Source: Raillietiella orientalis
Taxonomy: Eukaryota
Direction: 5' to 3'
DNA: 20,000 nucleotides
Assembly: GCA_036172245.1 (NCBI GenBank)
Contig: JAYWIR010000021.1
Span: 3,346,645 to 3,366,644, forward strand
Both the position numbers and the translations under genes were made by a program. The notes beneath the pieces were generated by a model. The model was given only the letters and a program-made list of their open reading frames with translations, did no database searches and was not told where the DNA came from. This document shows, piece after piece, positions 10,052 to 19,806 of this stretch; the first letter of the stretch is position 1; each line of letters starts with the position of its first letter.

Positions 10052-11240
10052 AATGGTGGCGGCAAGCATTGCAGGGGAGTCCCCAGTGCAACAGCATCAG
10101 CGCCGACTCCTGCCATTTTAGGGAAAGGATGCTTGTTCCAGTTATCACTGGAGGCCACTTCAGGTCATCAGTCGTGATGCCGAGCAGCTCGCCCCATTTT
10201 CTAAGTCCTTGCGGAAGGACGCTATGGGTTGTGGCGTCCGCCAGCTGTCCCATTGTCCAAACGCTGAACAATTTTTCTCTGCCTGGGATACGGCAAGAGA
10301 CTTGCCACCTTGGCGTCCGGCTGCTGACGAGGGCCCTACGTAGGAAGGGCAGCACCGTCGCCAGGCAGGTCGTCTCTGCCCACGTGCTTCTGGCTGGACA
10401 CTCCAGGATCTCGCGTAGAGTGCAGCGGGAGTATCTGCCCCGCCGCAGGCTATTCCACCTCTCGTGGCTCCTCTGATTCACTACCGCCCACGTGCCAACT
10501 GTTTCTTCCAGCCATGCGCTGGAGTTGACGGGGCTGCGGATCATCCACGCATTCTCCCTCGCCAGGGTGGCTCCTCGGACGAGTAGAAGGCCGCATCATC
10601 TTGTCTTCCTTTCACGACATAGAAGAGATGCGAGTCCTCCCGTTCCGGATGCACGTCTGGCAAGGAGGCGGGCAGGAACACACCACGGGGTGCTTCACAA
10701 CTTCGCTGCGATGGCCAAGGTTCGCCATCGCAGCCGAATTTCCATGCGCTCCAGCGTCAGGAGGCCAAGACCACCATCACGACGCGGAGCGCACAAGTCC
10801 ATCAAAGGAACTCGGGGCCTCCCCTTGCCCCAAAGGGCGATGCGCAGGAGATCCTTTGTACTTTTTTTCATATTCATGGGGACGGGGCAAACAAAAGTAT
10901 TAATGAAGGATAGGGGCCGCAAAAGCGTTCCATACTGCGGCCCGTTCCGGCAAGTGGAACTTGCCCTCCAGGAACGGGCGAATCGCCAAATCCACTTTCT
11001 GAAGACGGCCTGACCATGCTTCTCACGGGCAGAAGTCTCCCAGCGGAACGCCAAGGTACTTCAGATGTGTGCCCGTCGGGATCCCCAGGCGGATCCAGTC
11101 AGGTCGTCCTACCCACGTCGCTCCAACTGCCACCATCGACGATTTTGCCCTGTTGACCCGTGGCCCTGTCCCACGGCTTAGTAGGTCGAAGAAATGTTCG
11201 ACCGCCGTTGCCGGAGCGGACATTGGGAGCGGGAACAGCC
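10038..11240 (-). mobile_element. Tx1/L1-type fragment D, proximal part (end of RT to zinc finger)
   Basis: LPMSAP..VNRAKS..DWIRLGI..LKYLGVPLGD..DGGLGL..LHWGLPCNACRHHWTRGS with several frameshifts; closer to C than to A. Confidence 0.9.
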
Positions 11241-11850
11241 GGAGCGAGTGCCCGGCAACAGCGAGAGCAGTCCTCCGCTGCCGGCGCATCTCCTCAGGAG
11301 AATGCGTGCAGGCACACACTGGGGGGTTGTCCACAGCTCGGCACACAGTGCAGCAGTCGGAACTGCTCCTGCAGTCCGATTCGCTCCATTGTCAGGATGT
11401 CCAAGCCAGCATCTCGACGTGGAGTTCCGAAGACTTTCAGGCTGATCCTGGATCTCGCCGGTCCCCAGAGAACGTTCCTAAGCAGGCGTTTAGCCCGCTC
11501 TTTTGCCGCGAAGGGAGGTTCTAACAAAATAAACAGGGGGTGGTGGAAGGAGGCCACAAAAGTATTATAAACAGCCACCCGTTCCATCAAAGTAAACTCG
11601 CCGTTAATGAACAAGATGGTGGTGGACAACTCTGCCTTCTGAAGAAAGTCCGACCACGCTACGGCTGCGCCGATAGCGCCCAACGGAACGCAAAGTACCC
11701 GACCGTAGGGATCCCCAGGCGGATCCAGACTGGATCCGCCTGGGGATCCGGACTTCCCGTCCCACGACGCACCCACTGGAACAACCACGCTGTTCTCTCT
11801 GTTGATGAAAAATTGCAGCGTCGTCCCACAACGATCACAGAACGCCCTCA
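11241..11850 (-). mobile_element. Tx1/L1-type fragment E (end of RT and thumb region), same subfamily as A
   Basis: VVPVGASW..AAKERAKRLLRNVLWGPARSRI..DAGLDILTMERIGLQ closely matches fragment A; homology is clear to ~11806 and weak to ~11850. Confidence 0.88.
11709..11749. repeat. Perfect 41-bp palindrome (20-bp arms, 1-nt spacer)
   Basis: GGATCCCCAGGCGGATCCAG-A-CTGGATCCGCCTGGGGATCC; absent from homologous A and D. Confidence 0.95.
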
Positions 11851-11904
11851 GTAATCTACCCTTTTTCCAAGCAAGTTCTGTCTGAAACGTCCCTGCCTAC
11901 CGTT

Positions 11905-12337
11905 TAACAGCACTGCAATGATCGCAGCAATTACCGCATATGCAGAAACGTTAGCACGATCCAAGACATACAATAGGCACTTTGTATACAACTTGGAGAA
12001 TGTGCCTTAATTCTCAAAGTCTCCTTCTTCTGATGCTTTCATCGCAGCTACGTCATCTTGATGTATTGCATTGCTCTTTCCAAATAATGGACCAAGTTGG
12101 AAAAAGAGAGCAAAAAGCAGAGTTGCCTAATATGAAAATAGCAGTAATTGGCAAGTGGTGCGTAAATTGCTAAAGAACTCCAGGCCAAAATAGAAGAGGA
12201 GAAAATACTATGATTTTCACCAATGTGGATGTCAAGATCGGCCGAAACATATGCGTTGCAGCAGCAGTAAATGCACCCTGCAAAGGTGCTCCCTTAATTA
12301 CTTTACGATCAGCATATTCACTTACTACTATTGCATC
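11905..12337 (-). pseudogene. Bacterial AcrB/AcrD/AcrF-family RND efflux permease fragment (Rickettsiales-like), decayed lateral transfer
   Basis: DAIVVSEYADRKVIKG..MFRPILTSTLVKIIVFSPLLFWPGVL*QFTHHLPIT.., then after a frameshift GPLFGK..MKASEEGD..LYTKCLLYVLDR; matches the RND TM4-TM6 region; stops at 12170-12172 and 12007-12009; AT-rich relative to flanks. Confidence 0.85.
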
Positions 12338-12438
12338 TAGAGTGACGCTCCATTTCATATATTAATTATGTTTTTGCAAGTTGGCCTGCGATATTTTTGC
12401 AGTCGTCGTCTATAAATTCTAAATTTCAGAAATTGTAC

Positions 12439-12522
12439 CGTATTAATGGCACGCCGGAAGCTAAAGGCTTCAGCACCTCTTAATTCTCCAACTAGTATTC
12501 GATCTGGCCCAAGTCTTAAGCA
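12439..12522 (-). pseudogene. virB11: Type IV secretion ATPase VirB11 fragment (Walker B region)
   Basis: 28 codons [28 protein letters not shown], close to the VirB11 motif [29 protein letters not shown] as I recall it from Rickettsiales; too short for the ORF track. Confidence 0.87.
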
Positions 12523-12529
12523 TAGGATG

Positions 12530-12698
12530 TTTTTTGTTCTCAGTCCCCACCTCCCACACCCATTTGGAACCTACAGCTTTCCTGGCATGCGAACCGTTGG
12601 TGTTTTTGAGTTTTGCTTTTTGGTAGGCTTCAGCGGGAGGAAGCAACTGTTCCCTGCTTGTTCATGGAAATAAACGTCCCCTCGTGACAGGGAAAAAA
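12530..12698 (+). mobile_element. Solo 3' UTR and 3' end of a related Tx1/L1-type element
   Basis: AATAAACGTCCCCTCGTGACAGGG-A6 mirrors the termini of C and G; upstream T-tract, CACCTCC and GAACC..TTCCTGGCA blocks are shared with the G 3' UTR. Confidence 0.72.
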
Positions 12699-13058
12699 CT
12701 TCATGCCAAACATTGTCGTGAATTCCTTCTCGAACGGGAGAGGTTGGGGTGCAGGAGAGAACATTCGGACGTGTAGTGCGCGCGAGCTCAACAGCATTGC
12801 ATTGTCCCCGCGCGCAGCATCCCTCCATTAGCCTCCTCCTCTGCAGAAAGAGTCGATAGGCTTTCTTCTTGGTTCTGGAAGCGGCATTTGAACGGACGAA
12901 GGCAGTGAGCGGTTCCCCGCGTCTCGCCTCTCCATTGCTTTTCCTCGGGTCGCACACCCCGTGCCTGCTGTCGTCAGGCAGCCGTCGACGCACGCTGAGC
13001 GCCTCCGGCACGGGACATGGGTCTGACAGAGGACCTGCGTATGCTTGGTTTTCCGCGG

Positions 13059-14160
13059 GTTCGCTGCTGGCGATTGTGCCTCTGCAGCATCAGGAGTGCA
13101 CAGAGTGCTACCATCAGGGCACCTGCCTCTGGTGCCTCTCTCACCTCAACTGCGTTGTTCGCAGGGGCACCTTCGTGGATGGGTGCGGCTTCGGCGTCTG
13201 CTGCAAAGTTCAGGCACGACACCCGCCCGGCTGTTCCAGATTTTCGCACCCTGAATCCGGATCCCAGTGTTCATCACGTGGAATCGCACCATCTCTGCCA
13301 ACAACACGTTCTCTGTCAACACACTGGAGGTCGTGTATGCTAAAGGAACCTTCCAGGAAAAGCTAAACAAAGGCGACTCGTCCGCGTTCCAGTAGAGATA
13401 TGCGGAAAGGGAGGACACGCGGTGAATAAGGAGGATCTGGAGGATGGAAGCACGGAGACATACGCCAATTCCCCCCCCCCCCATTGCAGGAACGACGGCG
13501 TGCCCATTGCTGCATAGCGGTGGGAGAGCATGGCAACTGGTGCGTTGCCAAGGTGGAGTGCGCCCTGAGATCACCAATCGCGTGCCTTCTGTGCAAGGGG
13601 GAACTTTGCAGGAATGCCACAGTAGGTGGCATGTGTCTGCATTCAACGGGGGCGCATATCCTTCCGAATCTGTCGCCTCCACAACTCCTTTCCTCCGGCA
13701 ACTTCGAAGGCAGAACCGGGAACGCACGGCCCTTCGTGCTATCTCTGGCACTGCACGATAAAGGCATCTGCTGAACGGATTCGCTCTCCGTTTCTTCCGG
13801 AGGGAAGGGTCCAGCCATCCGCTACCTCTGAAATGCGCTTCGAACAAGAGCAACCACTTTGAGCAACCGTCGAGGTCCCTCTCTCCGATTGCCTTTCGGC
13901 AAATGTGCGTCCGCGTTTTACCGGATGTCCGGAAACTCGCTTGCATGCCTTGCTTGAGGAAAAAGGGGAAGAATGGGAGACGTCTGTCCAGAAATTCCTG
14001 CTGGACGGCGGCTTCCTGCCCGACCATCCTTCCATTGTACGTCCCTTCCGACACGGACGTTTATCAACACATTATTACGGCGACCTTGGGGTCCTTGTCC
14101 ATGGACCTCATTTGCATGTGGATAATCCGAATACTGCAGATGCACCTATTGCGCCTGGCC
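13059..14160 (+). pseudogene. Decayed paralog of the neighbouring CUB-domain gene
   Basis: Exon remnants 13059-13208 (SLLAIV..GTCL..GFGVCCK), 13268-13397 (130 bp, same length as the paralog exon, TAG at 13393-13395) and ~14036-14160 (LYVPSD..WIIRILQ); splice sites mutated (GCGG and CAT acceptors, TT and AT donors). Confidence 0.8.
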
Positions 14161-14527
14161 TGGACTCGTTCGTTCTTTGCTCTTCCGAAAGGAATGCGAA
14201 AAGCGAAGTATTATCCCAGTATGTAGAATCCCAGGAGCTCGATATGAAAAGTATTGTAAGGCGAGTCCATCTGGCCTTTGCGTTCGATTCTTCCCACCGC
14301 ACCATCCACGAGGTTTCCTCAGCTCTTCCGAAATCACGCAAACAGCAGCGACATCGCAACGCCGAATATTTCATTTTCAACCTTAAAGTGCCTATCTGCA
14401 CCGAATACATGAGCATCCTCAAGCAGCATCACGCCCATTGCATGTGGTTCGCAGCAGTTATCCTTGCAAACCTCCGGCGGCAAGAGTCACAGTCCTTTCT
14501 CAACCCACGAGAGGTACAGAGCAAACT

Positions 14528-14533
14528 TTTATT
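14528..14533 (-). promoter_or_regulatory. Polyadenylation signal AATAAA of the CUB gene
   Basis: Starts 24 nt after the TAG at 14558-14560. Confidence 0.65.
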
Positions 14534-14557
14534 GCTATACCAGATATCAGCAGATCA

Positions 14558-17500
14558 CTAATTCACTTGATTGTACATGAGGTTGAACCCAACGTTCCTC
14601 GCCATGGTCATCACAGCGTTGTTTGTTTTGATGTGCAGCATGAATGGAAACACGGCAGCTGAAAGCACAGATGACTCCGAAAACCTATACTGATCGTTAT
14701 CTTACTGCACACTTGAGATCCAGCATTCATCCCAGTTACAGCGTTTAGCCAATTCCCGCAGAAACGCTCTTGCGTGCACATTGGGTTGGCCGCAAGAACA
14801 GCAGCCTGAGCACCACCGCAAGGGATGATAAACGCATCGTTGACACAATTTGCTGCTACACTGTTGCTCAAGGAAGTCGCAGCAGTCGCGTCAATCGAGA
14901 AACCAACGTCGGCCATGTTGGGTATCGCATTCAAGCACAACGCCCTGGCTCCAGGGGTAGCCCTCACACACATCGCGTATTCCAGGTTGGTATTTAGAAC
15001 CGACATGACGTTGTTCATCCAGCCAAAGGATACGATCATACCTGTGGCCTCAAGGAAGTACTGAAGGCATCCGATGGGAGCTGCAAATGAGAAAACACTT
15101 TGAATTCACCCCACTCTATCCGCATCGCAGTGAGGATGCGATAGGGTGTTCTGTGAATTAACTGTCCGCTTCCATTTCAACATATAATTTGGCACAACCC
15201 CTTCATTCCGCTGGGAGTTTTTGCTATTGCACAGACCAATGCAGCGTCAAGGAAGCTGCGAACCCTCCACTGGTCATGGAGTCGACCGACCTCAGCAACA
15301 ACCAAAAGGCGGGACATGCCATCGTCAAACAGGAAACCCCTGCCGTCAGCTCCGCCGCTCGCATTGCGAAATCGAATGGGAGTTCCCAACAAATTTACTG
15401 CTCTTTCCTTGCGACATTCTTTTTTCTAAACTACGGCATGCACCATGTCCCTTTTAATTGCACGTTCGGTGTCTCGCGGGAGGGAGAATGGGGTGGTACG
15501 CGTAAAGGGATATTCGCGGCAGCCATTGCCACAACGGTGCAACCTCCTACAGCGCGTGGGACAGGAAGGGCAGAGCTTTCTTTGGGTGGGTAGCCAATTC
15601 GACGAAGCATGGAATGGGACGGTTCCATCCACTTACCCAGATACTCGGATCCGGATTCGATCTGCAACACACGGATGGACCAGGATCTTATTTCCATAGG
15701 CATCGCAGAGGCGACCGTGATGACTAGCATAACTCCCGTCGTTGCAGCGTCCATCCTCACGTACACTAAAATCCAGAAGAGGGGGGGCTTAACTATGCCA
15801 GCTGGCATTGGGGTTCTGTGTCTTCTGATTGTACTTCAGTCAAGCTCTTTTGGCCAATATCCGCAGCGACTTCACGGATATGTGTCCAAGAGCCCGGCAC
15901 CGCTGATTCATACCAGCGGACACACGCCGACATGCCACGTAGGCAAAGACAGCAGTGGCACCCTCTTTTCCGAATTCGCTTCGGGACTCTAACAGATGCA
16001 CAAAAACAGGAAGACCTTTCGAGGGTGCAGAAATCTTTCGGGACTGTGTCACCAACCTACGTCCCTTTCACCAATACACTTTGGGAGGACAACCCCCGTG
16101 GTACGAGATCAGCACCGCGGATGGCAAGAGCGATGTTTAGCTAACATTTCCAGGGACGTTTGGTTCCCATTCCTGCAGGACTGTTGCTTGGATTTGCTCT
16201 TCTATCTCTAAAACCGCAGAAAGCCAACAGCAGCATTGCAAGAGAGAAGCGTTGGTCCGGCAGACTCGAGCGCGAGAGATGGGAGTCGGCTCTCCGCATC
16301 CCCCTCTGTGGTGCCGCACACGGCAAGCGAACCGACGATCTTCAGCGGTCAAGCCGCGCCGAAGATTGGCAGCGCTGTTTCGGAAGACGTACTCAATTCA
16401 GCGGCTTCCTATGACTACGGTCTCACACGAATGGCGCCAATGCTGGTGCTTGCCACTTACCAGCGACCAAAATAGTTACTTACGGTGATTGTTCGGGTTC
16501 GGTCCGCAAATCGAGGAAGGGATGCTTTGTAAAGATCCGCTACCCATGGGCGTTATCACCAACGAATCCGGGTCGCATTGCCCGGTGGTACGCACTGCTG
16601 ATCGAAGAGTCAGGGGCTGTAGTTCGATCCTGAAATTCACAGGTGCTTGTAAATCAAATTCTCCTCTGTGTCCCTGCTTTGCCACCGAAAATTGACCCCG
16701 TACATCCCAGCAGGGAACAAACAGCGCTTGTGCGAGAGGGAAGTGCGTGATGAAGAAGCGCGGTCAGCAGTCCCTCGGCTTTTCTCACTGTGCATCAAAC
16801 AAACGAGCGGTGCCTTCATGCCGGGAGCTCTTGAGGCAGCTCCTTCTCATTGCATGCGACCTTTCTCCCCCAAAATAGGCTTCCTGCGGTATCTTCTCCC
16901 GCAGCTTGTGCTTCCCTTTGGGCTTCCTGACCTTTACACGTATTCTGATTCCCGATGGCTACCAAGCACGTGTACAAGCTCATACCCTTCGGTTCCGCGT
17001 TTTTCCGGCTTCACAATTGGTGGACGTTCGTTTTCCATTCTCGCAGGAGGAGAAATGCAGAAAGAATTCTATTTATGCTTTGCTTTATAGAAGGGTGTTG
17101 CCGCACCCAACAGTATCGTGGAATCTCACTCCCCCCTACAGCGTGGCGCCTGTCGTAAACTTCCACAGCAAAACTGCCTGATGCTGCATGCAAGTGGATG
17201 CGCTTCCCGTGGAAACGACTTGCTCGTCCGTCTTAGCGTTCGTGTTTTCCAATGTGGCGGCAAGAACTGCAGATCGACTTCGGTTGACGGTGTTTGCGAT
17301 CGTCTTCCCGGTAGGGTCCTCATCCCAACGGCTGCTTGGCTTCTCTACCTCAAAAGCCACGTCTGGAGCGGAGACGTTCATCGGCGTAGCCAAATTTGAC
17401 AGACACTTGGGAACCATCGTGGGTGAAACGAATGTCGATGGACAAGATGCTGCTCACAGCTACCAAAAGGGAGGCTTCGCAGGCACTGAAGCCTTTTACG

Positions 17501-18716
17501 ATTCGATGGTGATCAGCAACCATTCCAGGATCAGTGGGCTCTCTCGCGCTGTGAGATGACGAGCTGCTTGACGAGCGAGACTCGCGTCATCCTCCATTGT
17601 GTAGCTAATTGAGATCCTATTCCGTTGCCTACGTTCTCTTTCAGCACACTACTCAATATTCGAATAGAACCGAATTTCCGAAGGTCGTCCGTTGCCCGGG
17701 GATCCACTTGTGGGTTCGAACTGCTCCCTCGTCCTCACCTGAACTGTTGGATACGCGAGTTGAGTTTCTGGACCGTCGCTTGGCATGTCCCTCCGGTCGT
17801 TAGGACGTCCGTCGTGTTCTCGAAGTACGTATTGTTTATTCTTGAACTTTGCCCGCATCCAAGTATCACTTTGGAAGTTTGACCATTTTCGGCATGGGAT
17901 CATTGCGGGTCTTACCTATGCAGCAAACACCGATCCCCAGGGCGCATTGACCATTCCTCAAACCACCGGCATTTGAGCACTCTCCAGGAGGAAGGCACGT
18001 CCCGTTGCGCGAGTTGACGAAGCAAGGCGTGTTTTGTATCCGCACTATTTGCATCAGTGAACCTGAAGAGGAGGACGAAATGATGAGTACTCGGTGGTGA
18101 TCCCGAAACGCCATTTACGTTTGCCACGAAAATCGTGCCCGTCGAAGAAAGCGTCATTGGGTGTCATCGCTTGACACTGTCGGCGAAGTTCCAGTTGCAC
18201 GCGTTTTGAGGAATGCTTTCAACAGGAATGGTTTCGATCGTCCAACGAGGTCATACGCTGGCGTGGGAAGGATTGGGAAGAAGCACGTGGAGGGAACATT
18301 CGGGAATAAGGAGATTGAGGAGGTGCACGACTTCGATTCCTCTCGTGCTTCGCCCTAGGCCACCTGACTGAGGACGAATGGCTGCACTCAGCAGGCGCGT
18401 TCTTCTCGAACTGGCAAGCACAGAGGAATCCGTGCAAGAGGGCAGCTGCCCGACGGCATGTGCGCCTCTGCAGCTCGGCCAAGTCGACTCGTTTGGCATG
18501 GCGGTGGTGAATGTGTGTGTGGATGTGTGCGAGTGGGTAGGAAGGTGGATGTGTGGATGCATGCGTGTGCTTGTGTGTTCGGAATAGCCTCAAGCGAAAA
18601 CGCGCAGAGGTCCGCGGAAGCACTCGTTACTTACGGGATTGGTGTCTTGAGGTTGTGTTTGCTGCTTCTCCCTGCATGCACGTCATGACGAAAATTCCCA
18701 AAATCCACGCACACAT
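14558..18716 (-). CDS. Secreted arthropod-type CUB-domain protein, 7 coding exons, 369 aa (386 aa if ATG 18767 is used)
   Basis: Exons 18635-18716, 17916-18062, 17739-17868, 16484-16629, 15637-15765, 14706-15080 and 14558-14658; all GT-AG and phase-compatible, 1110 nt in total; signal-peptide-like MCAWILGIFVMTCMQGEA; NGTC..EC..GG..G.CA.G.GVCC module; NNTYF, ICGPN, APIGCLQYF, RFCG and GFNLMY motifs. Confidence 0.9.
18503..18579. repeat. Degenerate (GT)n low-complexity tract in intron 1 of the CUB gene
   Basis: Interrupted GT/TG dinucleotide runs. Confidence 0.6.
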
Positions 18717-19806
18717 CTCGAAAATCGCGCAGCCACCTTGGTAACCACCTCGAGTTGTCAGCTCCATGGATGCAATTCCCTCGGTTTGCGGCAACCCTTA
18801 GATGAAAACCTCTCCGCAAGATACGTTTTTTGTGAACAAAATGATGTTCTTGAATGACAAAAGAGGAAAACGGTGAGGTCAGTTTTTTTTTTCTCCAATG
18901 TGCGTTTGTGAGTTTTTGTGTCTGCTGGGGATGCCCGTTATTCGGAAAGGGCCGGTTGTGGTTCCATGTTCTGGTGTCTGGGGAAATACCAGTGGATTTA
19001 AAGAAAATCATTTCGGTCTTTCAATTTTATTACATTAATTTAGAACTTTTGCTGGATCTTTCTCTGTAGGTCTGTTTCATGAGTAACAAAGACACTCTAC
19101 GGATTCGTATAGGGCAAAACAGGAGTGGTGTTCTTTTCTGCTCTGATCAAAGGACGCTCTCCAAGCAAACTCCTCGGTTCTCGCAAGTTTCGCAGGCAAA
19201 TGGTCAACTGCGCTTGCAGGCGAGCGGGCGACGAGACCTTCCAGAAGAATGGTATACGACGCAGTGCAGCCTTACTTTCCCATGTGCTTTACATGCTGAA
19301 CGTCCATTCACACTCAGTAGTCCATGTGGGGTAACAGAAAGTGGCAAAGGAGAAAAGCCTCACATGCGATGTGGCAGCATTTTTTATCGCGTTCTGAATC
19401 AAATGTGCGTTTTAGATAGCATCCGGAACGCGCATTTGATACCAACAGCCGGCCGTTTCTGTTCTGCTGCGAGCAGACTCTTTTGGTATTCGAATTGACC
19501 GTGTCAGTGTAGGGCTCGCGAATTGATGTGCCGTTCTACTGGTGTCTGAGGTAGCTGACGGGACTTTCCTTCCTAATGGAGTTTCAGCGAAGGTCTCCAA
19601 CATGATGGCAAAGGCGGTGGCAGGTGTCGCGTTGCAACGGGGACGGCTGTCCATCGAAGTCTGTCGAAGTGATGACCGCGTAGCTGCCCACGTCCACTTC
19701 GATGGCGGAATGGGGGATAAACGAAAGTTTTGTTCCTAACGTTTGTCCTGATTTTTTCTTTTTCTGCTGCGGGGCTCGTGTCTTTCAGCCCTTCGTGATG
19801 GCTTCC

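Noticed and set aside
12699..12720. TSD linking the solo 3' end to copy A or B
   Set aside because: Only 5-nt or heavily mismatched similarities upstream.
13146..14561. Long ORFs 13146-14054 (-) and 13905-14561 (+) as genes
   Set aside because: No recognisable domains; they overlap the CUB pseudogene remnants and are probably chance frames.
18364..18410. Extra CUB exon (SRRTRLLSAAIRPQS)
   Set aside because: Weak donor, phase incompatible with exon 1, and exon 1 already splices cleanly to 18062.
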